IMG/VR virus record: IMGVR_UViG_3300025647_003907
From: an uncultured virus (IMG/VR IMGVR_UViG_3300025647_003907)
Taxonomy: Duplodnaviria > Heunggongvirae > Uroviricota > Caudoviricetes
DNA length: 64,000 bases
Reading direction: 5' to 3' (one strand)
Part shown: positions 9,411-24,800 of the stretch, in pieces
How the letters are laid out: the number at the start of each line of letters is the position of its first letter
Numbering within the stretch: the first letter of the stretch is position 1
Program-made: the position numbers and the translations under genes
Notes under the pieces: generated by a model
What the model was told of the DNA's origin: nothing
Seen by the model: the letters and a program-made list of their open reading frames with translations, nothing else
Database searches by the model: none

Positions 9411-12400
9411 ATGGCAACAACTTCACGTCAAACTACTATTTTTGGTATCGAAGACTGGAAAAGAATCTATCAAACATATAGAGAAGCAGACTTTCAAAGC
9501 TATAACTTTGAAACACTTCGTAAATCCTTTGTAGATTATCTTCGTCAGTACTACCCAGAATCGTTTAACGACTTTGTAGAATCTTCAGAATTTGTTGCTA
9601 TGCTTGACTTAATGGCATTTATGGGCCAGAGTCTTTCTTTTCGTGTTGATTTAAACAGTCGTGAAAATTTCTTAGATACAGCAGAGCGCCGCGATAGTGT
9701 TGTTAATCTAGCAAAATTAGTTGGATACACACCTAAGCGCAATCAAGCAGCTCGCGGATATCTAAAAGTTACAGCAGTTTCAACAACAGAAACTGTGTTA
9801 GATTATAACCGTAACAGTTTAGCAAACGTAACAGTTAAATGGAACGATCGCACAAACCCAGACTGGCAGGAACAGTTTAAAACAATCGTTAATGCTATTT
9901 TAATTGATAGCCAAACTGTTGGTAATCCAGGAAACTCACAAAACATTTTAGGAGTTAATACAAGCGAATACACTATTAACTTAGCACCTAATTTATTACC
10001 GGTAGTTCCATTTACTGCACAAGTCGATGGCGTTAATATGTCATTTGAAGTAGTTAGTGGCACCAGCGTTAACAAAACTTATATCTATGAAAATACACCT
10101 CAACCAGGCGGAGATTTTAATTTACTTTACCGTAATGATGGTTTAGGGTTTGGCAGTACCGAAACTGGTTATTTCTTTTATTTCAAACAAGGTGCATTAG
10201 AAACACGCGATTTTAACCTACCTGAACGTATTGCTAACCGTACAGTTGATATTAATATTGAAGGTACTAATAATAATGATGTATGGTTATATAAAATTAA
10301 TAGTTCAACTGGTGCAATTGTTGAATCTTGGACACAAGTTGAAAACATCTATGGAAACACCTTGCAAGAAGAAGGCGTTAATAGAAAATTATTCTCAATA
10401 ACTAGCCGAGCAAATGACCAAATTACCGTAAATTTTGGTGATGGTGTATTTTCAGAAATTCCAGTAGGAACATTCCGCAGTTACACACGTAGTTCAAACG
10501 GACTTGAATATGTAATTAATCCTAACGAAATGCAAAACATTGACGTTAGCGTAACATATGTAAGCCGTAAAGGTCGTTTAGAAACAGCGACATTTACACT
10601 AGGACTGCAAAACAACGTTAGTAACAGTCGTGCAAGAGAAACAATTGCAGACATTAAACGCCGTGCTCCGGCACGTTATTACACACAGAATAGAATGGTT
10701 AATGGTGAAGATTATAATAACTTCCCGTATACTCAGTTTAGTTCTATTATTAAATCAAAAGCAGTTAATCGTAGCAACATTGGTACTAGTAGATACTTGG
10801 ATCTAGTTGATCCGACTGGAAAATACTCTAGTATTAATACTTTTGGCGGCGATGGCTTATTCTACGAAGAATTTTCAGAATCAGCGTTTGGATTTACATT
10901 TGTTGACAAAAACGACATTGAAAATGTAATTCGAAATCAAGTTGAACCTGTGCTTTCTGACAGACCGATGTTGCATTTTTACTACGATCAATTTGCACGT
11001 AAAGATTTAGAAATCTTTGATATGAACTGGAATCGTAGCACAAGTTTAGTAAACGAAACCACTGGTTACTTTTATGACAGCGATGATGCTACTGTTGCAG
11101 TTGGCAGCACAATTGGTGATGATAGACAGTTTGTAGATCAAAATTGCTTGGTTAAGTTTGTTGCACCTAGCGGACAATACTTTGATCGCAATAACAGACT
11201 ACAAACAGGAACACCAACTGGCCCAGGACAAAGAACAGAGATATGGGCTAGCGTTAAAACATTGGTAGGCAACGGAACAAACAGCGGTGCAGGCAACGAT
11301 ACCGACGGAGTAGGTCCTGTAACACTAAACAACTATGTTCCAACCGGCGCCATTGCTGATTCTGTAATTCCAGTATTCAATACAGACCTACCAACAGCAT
11401 TAGAACAAAGTATGCTAGCACAAATTGAGTTATACAGAGACTTTGGTCTAGGGTATAATAACGAAACTAGTGAATGGTATATTATTAGTGCCAACAACTT
11501 AAACGAAGACGGTGCGTTTGATTTAACTAATGCCGGTGATACTTCTAACTTAGGGTTAGATGCTAGTTGGTTAGTTAAATTTATTAGTTCAGGAACCAAT
11601 TACACAGTTACTAGCCGCACATTAAATTATTATTTCTCGAGTGTAGCAGAAACACGCTTCTTCTATGAAAACAATCAAAAGATTTATGATCCTAAAACTG
11701 GTAAAACAGTTAACGATTATATTATGGTATTAAAGACCAATAGTCAACCAGACAGCAATAGTCCATTAATAGGTGAAGTACGTCTTGACATTATTGGACA
11801 GACAGTAGAATCTGATGGATTTGTTAATGACTTTAATGTAGAAGTTAGCTTTGCTGATACAGATGAAGATGGTGTTCCTGATGATCCTGATTTTTTCAAT
11901 ACATTAGTTGCGCCAGGTGTAAATGCCAATAGTAAATTGGTATTCTTTGAACAAACAGTTGATTTTGATAACCTAGAACGTTATTTGCCGCTATCTACAA
12001 CTACTATTAATACTATATACGGGACGCAAGACGAAATCGAATTAGTTAAATCTGAATACAGTGATGGACAGGTGTTTTATGCATATGAAGAATCAAAATT
12101 CTTTGTTTTAACTGTTAGCAATAATGTACGCACTATTGCAGAAGATACAGGCTATATTGGCAAAACAGGTCGAGGAGATATTCAATTCCAGTACAAACAT
12201 AATAGCCCAGAAACACGCCGTATTAATCCCGGATCAACGAACATTATTGACTTGTTTCTTGTTACTGCTAATTATTACACTGAATATCAGCGTTATGTTC
12301 AAGACACAACAGGAACAGTTACTAAACCATTACAACCAACTACAGACGAATTAACTACATTATATGAATCATTAAACAATTACAAGATGGTTAGTGACAA

Positions 12401-12812
12401 CATGATTTTTAACAGTGTTGAATTTAAACCTTTATTTGGTAGTAAAGCAGAGTCTGCTTTGCAAGCATATATCAAAGTAGTTAAACTTGAAAACACAGTT
12501 GTAAGTAACTCAGAAATTAAAAGTCGTGTTATTGAAACAATTAATACATATTTTAATATTGACAATTGGGATTTTGGTGAAACTTTCTATTTCTCAGAAT
12601 TAGCATCATTTATACACGAAGAACTTGGTGGCATTGTTGGTAGTGTAATTTTATTACCAAAAGATCCAAACAAGAGCTTTGGCGACTTATATGAAATTGG
12701 TTGTGATGCAAACGAAATTTTTGTTAGCGCCGCAACAGTAAGCGATGTTCAAATTGTCGATAGTTTAACAGCAAGCCAACTAAGACTAACAAACACAAGC
12801 GGAGTGGTATAA
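9411..12812 (+). CDS. Baseplate wedge protein, T4 gp6-like
   Basis: FETLRKSFVDYL...FNDFVESS...ENFLDTAERRDSVVNLAKLVGYTP; NFGDGVFSEIP; ETIADIKRRAP...TQNRMVNGEDY. Follows the gp25-like gene. Confidence 0.9.
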   Translation: MATTSRQTTIFGIEDWKRIYQTYREADFQSYNFETLRKSFVDYLRQYYPESFNDFVESSEFVAMLDLMAFMGQSLSFRVDLNSRENFLDTAERRDSVVNLAKLVGYTPKRNQAARGYLKVTAVSTTETVLDYNRNSLANVTVKWNDRTNPDWQEQFKTIVNAILIDSQTVGNPGNSQNILGVNTSEYTINLAPNLLPVVPFTAQVDGVNMSFEVVSGTSVNKTYIYENTPQPGGDFNLLYRNDGLGFGSTETGYFFYFKQGALETRDFNLPERIANRTVDINIEGTNNNDVWLYKINSSTGAIVESWTQVENIYGNTLQEEGVNRKLFSITSRANDQITVNFGDGVFSEIPVGTFRSYTRSSNGLEYVINPNEMQNIDVSVTYVSRKGRLETATFTLGLQNNVSNSRARETIADIKRRAPARYYTQNRMVNGEDYNNFPYTQFSSIIKSKAVNRSNIGTSRYLDLVDPTGKYSSINTFGGDGLFYEEFSESAFGFTFVDKNDIENVIRNQVEPVLSDRPMLHFYYDQFARKDLEIFDMNWNRSTSLVNETTGYFYDSDDATVAVGSTIGDDRQFVDQNCLVKFVAPSGQYFDRNNRLQTGTPTGPGQRTEIWASVKTLVGNGTNSGAGNDTDGVGPVTLNNYVPTGAIADSVIPVFNTDLPTALEQSMLAQIELYRDFGLGYNNETSEWYIISANNLNEDGAFDLTNAGDTSNLGLDASWLVKFISSGTNYTVTSRTLNYYFSSVAETRFFYENNQKIYDPKTGKTVNDYIMVLKTNSQPDSNSPLIGEVRLDIIGQTVESDGFVNDFNVEVSFADTDEDGVPDDPDFFNTLVAPGVNANSKLVFFEQTVDFDNLERYLPLSTTTINTIYGTQDEIELVKSEYSDGQVFYAYEESKFFVLTVSNNVRTIAEDTGYIGKTGRGDIQFQYKHNSPETRRINPGSTNIIDLFLVTANYYTEYQRYVQDTTGTVTKPLQPTTDELTTLYESLNNYKMVSDNMIFNSVEFKPLFGSKAESALQAYIKVVKLENTVVSNSEIKSRVIETINTYFNIDNWDFGETFYFSELASFIHEELGGIVGSVILLPKDPNKSFGDLYEIGCDANEIFVSAATVSDVQIVDSLTASQLRLTNTSGVV

Positions 12813-12815
12813 TAA

Positions 12816-15800
12816 ATGGCACGTATACGTTCAGTTGATTTTTTACCTGAAATTTTTAGAACCGACGTTAATCGCGAGTTCTTAAATGCTACACTAGACC
12901 AATTAACACAGCAACCTAAATTAAAAAGAACTCAAGGGTATATTGGTCGTCGTTTTGGACCTGGTGTGTCGTTAGGTGACAGTTATTTGCTGGAATCGTC
13001 TGCATTACGAACCAATTATCAACTTGAACCAGGCGTTGTTTTTACTAATAATGATAATGATGTTGAAGATGTAATCACTTACCCAGGGATCATTGATGCA
13101 CTTGCAGTTAAAGGTGCAAACGTAACACGTCATGATAGATTGTTTGCTAGCGAAACGTATTCGTGGAATCCGTTAATTGATTTTGATAAGTTTATTAATT
13201 ACGGACAATATTATTGGTTGCCAGAAGGCCCGGATGCGGTTGATGTGCGTGCAACTACTGTTGCTGTTGTTGATGATTTTGATGTTACTACTGTTAATGG
13301 ATCTTACAACTTATCAACAGTTGCAGGTAGTAACCCAACGCTAACACTAGTTAGAGGTGGAACCTATACTTTTAATGTTAATCAAGAAAGCGGGTTTTGG
13401 ATTCAATCCGAAGCCGGGGTAGATGGTACATTAAATTATTCGCCTAATATTAATAGTCGCAACGTTCTCGGTGTTGTTAATAACGGTGACAATGTTGGAA
13501 CCGTAACATTTAATGTTCCAACCGCAGATGCACAGCAGTTTTATTATGATTTAACGGATATCGGACAAGTTGATCTTGCTACATTGGCAAGATTTGATAG
13601 CGTTAACCATCAACAGGTTAGTGAGTTTACAGGGATTGACGGTATCACCGATCTAGAAGGGCGCACCATTGTTTTTATTAATCCGCAAGAAGGCGATAGT
13701 GAAGACTTAGGTTGGCAGCGTGTTGGGTTATACGACAACGACAATAATCCTTACGACGAATCAACCTTTGAAGAAACAGTTTATTTAGATACACGTGAAG
13801 AACGTTATAGTATTTTTAGAGTTACATATGTACGTCCTAACGGCAGTACTGACGACGGAGCATATATTGAGTTAATCGCAGTCGATACAATCAGCACAGA
13901 TGAAAAGTTTATCATTGGGTATGGTGCGGAATATAGCAACCGTAGCTTTTACAAAAATGCATCAGGCTTTATTGAAGAAATCCCATTATTAACTGCGGCT
14001 AATGATGTATTATATTACCAGGATGGGAATACAGCGAATCAGTTTGGTGTAATTAAACTAGTTGATCAAGAAGGGTCTGAATCGTTAGATATAGCTGATA
14101 TTTTAGATAAGCAAACATACACAAGCCCAAATGGCGTCACTCTTACCAACGGCTTAAAAATTAAATTTCAAGGAACAACTAACCCTGAAACATATAGCGG
14201 AAACGAATACTATGTTGAAGGAGTGGGCGAATCTATTAAGTTAGTAATGGTTACTGATTTAGTAACCCCGGATACATATGTAAACAATGTTTCTGGTACA
14301 AACAATGCACCACAGGATCTAGATTACTTAACAATTAAACGTTCTAGCTTAGATTTAAACCCATGGACACGTAGTAATCGTTGGTTCCATATAGATGTTG
14401 TTAATGCAACTGCTGAGTATAACAATACTATTGTTGATTTAGACAATGCGTATAGAGCAAAACGTCCTATTATTGAATTTGACGCTGGTACTCGATTATA
14501 TAATTTTGGTACAGAAGCAACGAACCCGATTGATGTAATTGATTTTAATGCAACAGATGCATTATCAAATATTCATGGTAGTGCAGGTTATTCTATTGAC
14601 GGATATTCATTAACCGATGGATCACGAGTTGTATTTGCCGCAGATACAGATCCAGAAGTACGCAACAAAATTTATACGGTACAAATTGTTGATCCTGATG
14701 ATGATTCAACAGCGTATGGAGAAATTATTAATCTTTATCCTGCTGAAGATGATGTAATACTTGCCGATCAAGTTGTTTTCTGCACAAGTGGACTCACACA
14801 GACAGGTAAACATTATGTGTTTAATGGAATCAGTTGGACAGTGGCACAGGAAAAAACCGCGGTAAATCAAGCACCATTATTTGATATTTTTGACGCCGAT
14901 GGATATAGTTATAGCAATACATATGTATACCCAAGTACCACATTTACAGGGTCAAAGTTATTTTCATACAAAACAGGAACCAGCTCAACAGTTGATCCTG
15001 TGTTAGGGTTCAGCCTAACTTATCTAAATATTGATAATATTGGCGATATTGTTTTTGATAATAATCAATACACTGACACATTTGTTTATGTTGTTGACTC
15101 TGCAAGTGTTAACGGTGCAACTAAAAATGGGTTTGCGAGAAAATATACATCACACACTGAATATTCTACTGAAATTGGTTGGACAACCAGTGCTGATCGC
15201 AATTGGTCTAGGCAGGTGTTTACGTATGAATATGCAGGAGCTCCTTTATCGTTAGACGTTACACCGAGAACAGATTTATCAATCCCTGCTATTAAAGTTT
15301 ATATAAACAATAAATTTGTAAACCCAAGTACATATTCAACAAATGTCTTTGACGGGCAAACTTTTGTAGTATTTGATCAAGGAATTGCTAGTATAGGCGA
15401 TCTAGTACAAGTTAAAGTTATTAGTAAAACATCAAGCACAGTAGCATACTATGAAGTTCCTAGCAATTTAGAAAGTAATATTTTTAGTGAAAATTCTTCA
15501 ACATTTACACTAGGCACGATCAGAAATCATTACAACCGCTTGGTTGAGAATGTTAACGGCTTCTCTGGCGAAATTAACGGTGCAAATAACCTACGCGACC
15601 AAGGATATGTTCCTTCGTACGGCGACGTTATTGTACAACATTCAGCTCCGGTTGCACCAGCAGCGTTTTTCTTGAGAAACGCAGAATATGACTTCTTTAA
15701 TTCACTTGATTACAATGCAAAACAGTATGAAAAGTTTAAAAATCAAATTTTAAACTGGGTTGAAAATAACGAAACTTATGGACTAACCGCAGCAGAAATT

Positions 15801-18800
15801 CTTGATACTGCTCTAGCAGATATTAATAACGGAAAATCAAGTAATAGCACTTATTATTGGAGCGACATGATTCCGTTTGGCGGTGATTATGCAGAAACCA
15901 CTTATACAGTATCGGTTATTAGCACAAGAAACTATAATACAATTAATGTATACGATTTTACAACGGCAAATAGTTTTGGTTTATTAGTATATCGCAACAA
16001 TGTTTTATTACGTAAAGATAGTCATTACGTTGTAGCAACCGACGGGCCGCGAATTACATTAACGTTTGATGCAGACATCGGTGATGAAATTGTTATCCGC
16101 GAGTACGCATCAACTTATGGAAGTTATGTTCCCGAGACTCCGACAAAACTAGGGCTATTTCCTCGTTTTGACCCAGCAATTTATGAAGATGACACATATG
16201 TAACACCGCGTAATGTAATACAAGGTCACGATGGATCTATTACGATTGCATTTAATGACGTGCGTGACGATGTATTATTAGAATTTGAAAATAGAATTTA
16301 CAGTAATCTAAAGAGTTTAGACAGCGGCGACGTTCCACTTACTACATGTGATGTAATTCCTGGTAAATTTAGAGAAACAGATTATACAGATCAAGAAGTA
16401 TCCGAAATACTTGCCGAAGGTTTATTAAATTGGGTAGGTTGGCACAAGTTAGATTACAAAACACAAAGTTATGATGCAGCTAACGAATTTACATGGAATT
16501 ATAGTGCAGCATCTAGCAGGCTTGATGGTAGTTTATTAAAAGGCGGATGGAGAGGAATCTACAAATATTATTACGACACAGATCGTCCGCACACCCACCC
16601 ATGGGAAATGTTAGGTATTACAGACGAACCTAGCTGGTGGGAAGATCGTTATGGTCCTGCACCATGGACTTCTGGTAACTTGGTAATGTGGGAAGACCTT
16701 GAAGTTGGGTACATTAATGAGCCAGGCAACGAACGTTATGATTCTCGTTTTGTGCGTCCTGGTTTAACTAGCATTATTCCAGTTGACAGCGAAGGCAATC
16801 TACAAGATCCAATGGCGACACTTGTAGCAGACTTCAACCAAACTGATCTTAAAAAGAGTTGGGTAGCAGGAGACATTGGTCCTGTTGAAGCAGCCTGGAG
16901 ACGCTCAAGCAACTGGCCGTTTGCTGTACAAAAGTTATTTGCATTAACTAAACCGGCAGAATATTTCTCATTAATGGTCGATTGCGACAGATACAAATAC
17001 AGTAATTCAATAGGTCAGTATGTATATGATGGCCGTCAGAGACTTGATATCCGAGATGTGGAAATTTTTGATGTAGCAAATCCAAAACACAGTTATATTA
17101 ACTGGATTGTAGAATATAACAGAAGTATTGGCATCGAATCGTCAGAAGAGTTAGATAACGATATGTCAAACGTTGATGTTCGACTATGTTATCGTATTGC
17201 AGGATTCACAGATAAGAAATACCTAAAGATTTTTACAGACAAATCCAGTCCTGATAGTTCCAATACTAGTCTTTTAATTCCGGACGAAAGTTACAGTGTA
17301 TTGCTTTACAAAAATCAACCGTTTGGAGATCTACAGTATTCGAGCGTAATGGTTCAAAAGACCGATAGAGGATATGCAGTTTATGGAAATAGTCAAACAG
17401 AAGCGTACTTTAGAATCTTACAAAGTAGTATTGGTGGCGACTACGAAACTATTAATTTTGGATCTAATAGATATAGACTTCCGCGTAGTTTCACTAACCG
17501 TGTAGTGCGTGTGCCTTATGGTTACACATTTACTAACATTAATAGCGTTATTGATTTCTTAGCAAGCTACGGAGAATTCTTAAAGAGTTCTGGTTTAATA
17601 TTTGAAGACATTGAAAATAATTATACGCTTAATTGGGCTCAAATGTCTAATGAATTTTTATATTGGGCTAACCAAGGATGGAGCACTGGTAGTTTAATTA
17701 ATTTAAATCCAGCAGCAAACCAACTTCAATATCAGCGTGCTCGTGCAGTTGTAGATGATTTAGGTAACCTAGCAATTAACGAACAACCACTTGACCAAAA
17801 TCGCCAGCCGTTGTTAAAAAGAGATTATGCAGTAACACGTTTAGATAATAATTTCAAACTTACATCACTTGCAGCAGATAAAAGCATTAGTTACCTGCGT
17901 TTACGTGCAACTGCATACGAACACGTGTTAGTATTTGATAATGTTAGCATTTTCAATGATTTGATGTACCAACCGGTTACTGGGTTGCGTCAGCAACGTT
18001 TGCGTATCGATGGATATAAAACGTTTGAATGGAACGGTCAACTTGATGCACAAGGGTTTATTCTTAATCAAGATAATGTTGCAACGTGGAATGCAAACCA
18101 AAGTTATAACAAAGGCGATATTGTTAAGTATAAGAACGCATACTGGACCGCGGCTATTAAAATTCAGCCAAGTGAAGAATTTGATTTTGATCAATGGTCA
18201 AAAGTAGATTATGATAACTTTAGTAAAGGATTGTTGCCAAACATCAATAATAAAGCGGACCAAATGCGCAACTATTATAATAATGCAGTTGCTAATCTAG
18301 AATCTGATGCTGATTTGCTCGGCCTTGGATTAACTGGTTTCCGTACTAGAGATTACTTAGAAGCATTGAACCTAGATGACATTAGTCAGGTTCAAATATA
18401 TGGAAACTTAATTAGACAAAAAGGCACGCCAGCAAATGCTAAATTATTCCAAGGTGTTGAATTTGACAAAGAACAAGCAGAATATGACATTTATGAAAAC
18501 TGGGCAATTAAACGTGCAACATATGGTGCTAACGATAACAAGCGTTTTGTAGAATTTGCACTCAACAAAGAATCATTACGAGCTAATCCAAGCACAATTG
18601 AAATTGGATTTATCGGAGACGATTCTGATGCAGATCAATTTATTGCAGTTGATGCCATTTATAAACAAAGTATTAAAAATACAACACGAAACATTCTACC
18701 AGAATTAACAGAAAGTTTAACTGATACTAATTTACCAACTGCTGGTTTTGTTAACACCGACGATGTCAATATTGTATTATTTGACTTGTCTGATCTATCG

Positions 18801-21800
18801 GCTATTAACAATCGACTTAATGAAGTACGTGATGGAACACACATTTGGGTAGCACGTTCTAATGTTTACGATTGGAACGTATATCGTTGTGATAGCATTT
18901 CACCTGATTTAGTAACAGTAATTGATAATTTAAACGGAACGTTGTCTTTAATTTTTAATGAGCCAACCGGATTATCTGTAAATGATATTATTGTTATTAA
19001 ACAATTTAGTACCAATGTTAACGGAGCGCATCGAGTTAAAAAAATCAATGATGCAACATCAATTATTATTGATGGAGTTATTTCCGGCAATGAATCAACC
19101 TTATCTGGACTTGGCATTGCATTCAAACTAGTGACGGCTAGATTAGATCAAGCTAGTGATGCTGTAAACAGCGAATTCAACACACGTTTATTTGAAGGCG
19201 ATAAGATTTGGGTTAACAGTGATATTAATGGTAAATGGAAAGTTTACGAAAAACGTGTGCCATTTTCGCTGAGTCAAAGTCAAATCCCACCTGGTGCTGC
19301 ATCAAATATTGGTTTTGGTACTAGTGCAACGCAAGGTTTAAATGGGTCTGGATGTATTGTTGGCGCACCAGAATATTTTAGTGGCATTGGCGGATTATTT
19401 TGCTACAATAAAGATAACAATGAATACTCGTTTAATCGAGTAGTAGCAGATATCAACGGAGTTGAATCCTTAGGCAATTCAATTGCAATGGCAACTAACT
19501 ATGCAGTTGCTGGTGCAAAAGAAACTGAAAACAGCGAAGGTGCAGCAGTTGTAATATATAGAAATCCAGCACAAAATTTATTCTTAGAGTATCAAGTTTT
19601 AATTTTGCCTGATGCAGATCGTGATGCTGCCGGAGCAGAGTTTGGTTATGACGTTACTATTAGCGAAGATGAACGCTGGATCTATGCATCGGCTATAGGT
19701 ATTGGGAAAGTTTATGCATTTAACCGTGTTGATTATCAAGATCAGTCTGCACGGTTTACTACAGATGGTAATACAGCATCATATGACCTTACAGATTATA
19801 TCGAAGTTGATAACAAAACACAAATAACCGTTACTGTCAACGGCGTTGCATTAGCCGATAGCGAATATAATTTAATTTCGAATATATTATCTATTAATGA
19901 TGTACCAGACCCAGGTGCAACTGTTGAAGTTGCACGTAAGAGTTCAGTTGGTGCAACCGGCGACGGAAGCACAACAACATTTACAGAAGTTACTCAGTTA
20001 TATACAGCAATCGACGAAGAATCAGTACAAGTATATGTTAATAATGTATTACAACGTCCATACTATGATTACAGTTTTAATATTGATAGTACCGTTGCTA
20101 TTGATTTTGCGGTTGCTCCTCCTGAAGATTCTGCTATTATTTTTAGAGCAGAACATTATTATAGATATGTAGATACAATTACTGGATCTACCAGCGAAGG
20201 GTTCGGTGAAAGTATTGTTACTACCAGCGATGGTCAACAATTAGTAATTGGAGCGCCAACTGCAACAAACGGTAGCTTGCAAAATTCAGGCAAATCTTAT
20301 GTTTATGAAAGAACAGTCGAACGCTTTATTGTAACAAATAGTGCTACTAAAGTATACTCGCCATACAGAACAATATCAGACACTAATTCTGTACACATTA
20401 ATAATGTACATCAATTAAATTCGATCAACAATGTCGGCAATGAAACTTATACTATTAATGAAACAACAAACAAAGTAACATTCTCTGCAGGTATTAGTCT
20501 ATATGTTGGCGATAAGATTGACATTGACATTAACACATTCCAGCTTGTGCAAACACTTACACTTGACAATAATAATCAAGGAGCGTACTTTGGAGAAGCA
20601 CAAAGCATTTGCAGAACTGATTGCTCGCTGTATATCAGCGCACCAAAGGATAACTGGGTATTGCCAGAAGCAGGATCAGTAACACGTTTCTTAAATCGCA
20701 GTCGTGTATTTGGTACAATTACCGGAACTGAATCTAACCCAACGATTACCGTAGGACATTCAATTCGTATTGATAACCAAGATGTATTTTTTACAAATAC
20801 AACAGTAGAGCAAGTAGCGCAGGATATTAATGATGCTATCATTCCAAATGTGCAAGCAAGTGTAAACAGTGCTGGACAACTTGTTATTGGAGTTATTAAT
20901 ACAGACGAAGCTCCAATTTTAAGTAAAGTTACTGTTATGCCAGGAATTGGCACAGCGTTTGATGACTTAGGGTTAGACCCATTTGAGAATGTACAAGTTA
21001 TTACTAGCCCTGCTCCAAATGAATATGATCATTTTGGTAGCAGTGTGCATGTTGATTATTCGTCTACTAATCTTGTCGTTGGCGCAAATCGCGCAATTTC
21101 TCGTATTCCAACAACATTTAATAAGAATTTAACAGAAACAGTATTCGATTCGGACACAACACGTTTTATTGATACTGTTGATGAAAGCGGTGCGGTGTAT
21201 ACATTTGATTTACTGCCAAGTTCTAGTTACACTGTTCCGGGTAAATTTGTTTTTGGTCAACAAGTTTACGATGCACAAATTAGCGAGCACGATCAATTTG
21301 GTACTGCTGTAAACTTTACTGACAACTTATTAATAGTCACAAGCCCAGGCTATGACACTGCGGTTGAAAATATTGGACGTTTAGTTGTGTTTGAAAACCC
21401 AACAAGATCCCAAGCGTGGCAAGTAATCCAAACACAACCGACGGTTGTTGATAGTCGATTGACAAATTATTTGTACATTTATAGTAAAGACACTGAACTA
21501 GTAAACGTGTACTTAGATTTTATTGACCCTATTAACGGCAAATTACTAGGACCAATTAAACAGAATTTAGATTATATTGGTGCTGTTAACCCTGCTGTTT
21601 ATAATGCAGGAAGTGCAGGATCAGGAATTTATTGGGCAAAAGATCATGTAGGTAAACTGTGGTGGGATACCGCACAAATACGTTATCTAAATTATAATCA
21701 AGAAGATATTGTTTATAGTTCAAAAAATTGGGGACAATTATTCCCAGGCAGTTCAGTTGATGTATACGAGTGGGTCGAAAGCGCAGTGCCACCAAACCAA

Positions 21801-24800
21801 TACACGGGTCCAGGAACAGTGCGCAGCAATACAGAATTTTCGGCAGTTAGTGGGCTTGACGCAACAAGAACAGTAGCTACACGTTATTATTTCTGGGTTA
21901 AGAATAGAACATCAACTAATAGGGCTGCAAATAAAACTCTAAGCGCACGTGCTATTGCTTCATATATCGAAAACCCGCAAGCATCGGGAATACCGTATGC
22001 TGCACTAATTCGCAAGAATGTTGTTGCATTATATAATGTAGATGATTATATTTCTGACAACTATGATAGCGTACTGCATATTGAGTATAACCGTACGCTA
22101 ACCGATAACAATGTTTTTGTTGAATATGATTTAATACGCGAAAATTACGCCAACGATTTCTTACCAGACTTATTGTATCGTAAACTACAAGATAGTTTGT
22201 GTGGGGTAGATGTAATTGGCAATAAAGTTCCTGACTTTTTATTAAGTCCAACAGACAAATACGGAGTCGAGTTCCGTCCACGTAAGAGTCTATTCCAGAA
22301 TAAATTTGCAGCACTTAAAACATACATTGATAAAGCAAATTTATTGATTATTGATCATCCGTTTAGTGAACTAAGAACATTTAACCTATTAACGGCACAA
22401 GAACCAATTCCGACTAGTTCATCTAATGCATGGGACGCAATAGTTGCAGACATGACAGAGCTTGGATATCAGAATCTAGCAGTTGCAGGTGTGGGGTATC
22501 GCTATCTTGTTGAAGTGGATGATACAAATAATGGATTGTGGACAATTTATGAAGTTAATTCATCCTTGGGATTGGATTTAGTTAGAGTACAAAGCTATGA
22601 TACAAATAGATATTGGGATTATACAAACTGGTATGCAACCGGATATAACGCTTTAGTAAAGCCATCGAGAATTGTTGATACCTATAGCGAATTGTTAACA
22701 CTTTTCCCTAGTGAAGGAACTGTTATCAAAGTCAAAACTAATAGCGACGGCAAATGGGAATTATATGCATACCTTAGTAATGTTTGGGAACGTGTTGGGC
22801 TAGAAGACGGAACTGTACAATTTAAAAAATCTCTATATGATTATACTATTGATCGTTACGGGTTTGATAGCGAAGTATTTGATACACAATATTTTGATCA
22901 AGAACCAACACTAGAATTACGTCAAATTATTCGTTCGATTAATGAAGAATTTTTAATTGGCGAGTTCTTAGATCATCGTAATCAATTATTAATTAGTATG
23001 TTTAACTATATCCTTGCCGAACAAGGACGTGTTGAATGGCTATACAAAACATCATTAATCGATGTAAATCACAAAATTAGAAATCTTGAAGAATATGCTA
23101 TCTATAGGAAAGATAATCAAGATTTTGTATTAGATTACATTAACGAATCAAAACCATACCATGTTAAGATCAAAGAATTCTTATTGCGATACGAAGGTAT
23201 TGATACTATTGATGGTATGGTTATGGACTTCGATGTTCCGGCAGCGTATGACAGCACATATAGTAAATTTGTAAGTCCAATATTAGATGATGATATTGCG
23301 GTATTAGAAACTGATGTTAGCAATAGAAAAACAGCAGATGCAGTATGGGATACAATTCCCTGGACCCACTGGTACGATAATAGATTACTAACCATTGATA
23401 GAATTGTTGTAACTAACGGTGGCTCAGGATATACAGTAGTACCACAAGTTACTATTTCTGGCGATGCAATTACATCTGCTACTGCAACTGCTACAATTAA
23501 CGAAGCCGGGGAAGTAAGTGCAATTACTCTTGTTACATATGGTAGCGGCTATAGATCAACACCAACTATTACTATTTCTGGTGGTAATGGATCCGGCGCT
23601 GTTGCTACACCATATATGAAGCAGGAATTAGTTAGAAATTTAAATACCACAATCAAATATGACAGATACGAATATGAATCTCAGATTGTTGATTGGGAAG
23701 CAAGTACAGTTTATGATGAAAATCAACTAGTCCGGTACAACGATCGCGTATATCGTGCAATTAATGCCGATGGATCAACGGCTAGCGATACTTCATTTGA
23801 TCCTGCAGAATATCAAATTGTTGCTGCTAGTACACTATCGGGTGTCGATCGTACTACAGGATTTTACGTTGCTGATGTTAATGAGCCAGGATTAGACTTA
23901 GCATTATTAATTGATGGGTTAGATTATCCAGGTGTACAATTACGAGGACCAGAATTTGGTGCTAATACCGGGTTTGATATTGGTAATTTTGACATTAATT
24001 TATTTGATAACTTAGACTACGGTCCTGAAGGATTACCAACATACTCAGAATCTATATTAGATAATGAAATTTTTACATCGTTTACTGGATCATATGTCGG
24101 TGTCGACTTGTCTGGTATCGAAGCAGTACAAGCATTAGCTACTGCAACAGTTAATACTGGAACAACAGAAATTTCTGAAATTACTGTTACCGAACTAGGC
24201 AAAGGATACTCAGCTGATGTTCCACCAACTGTAACTATTTCTGCACCAAGAGATAATATTACTGCCGCTGCATTAGCAACAATTGATTTTGCTACGTTAA
24301 CAGTAGATGATATTGCGGTTACTAGCAGCGGTTTTGGTTATATTTCAGTTCCAAGTGTATCTATTGTAGCACAACCAAATACACCAGGCGAAACAGCAAC
24401 TGGGTTTGCGTTAATATCCAGCGGCAGTGTAACCGGAGTTACATTATCAAATAATGGTAGCGGATATACAAGTCCTCCTACTGTAACATTTGCAGATCCG
24501 CCAAGTGTAGCTATTGCTCGTGCAACTGCAACAGCTAACGCATTAAACAGCACCGGTGGAGTTACAGCAACTACGATTACAAACGGTGGAAACAGTTACA
24601 CAAGTGCTCCAGCAGTAACAGTTACAGATCCGCCCGCAAGTGTCACTGCAACAGCAACGGCAGCAATTGCTGGATATGAGTTAGATACTGTTACATTAGA
24701 TTTGGCTGGTAATTATTATAGTGTCGCTCCAACCGTAACTGTAGCAGCACCAACTGCAATAGTTGCACAAGCAACTGCAACTGCAACAATCGGTGGCGAT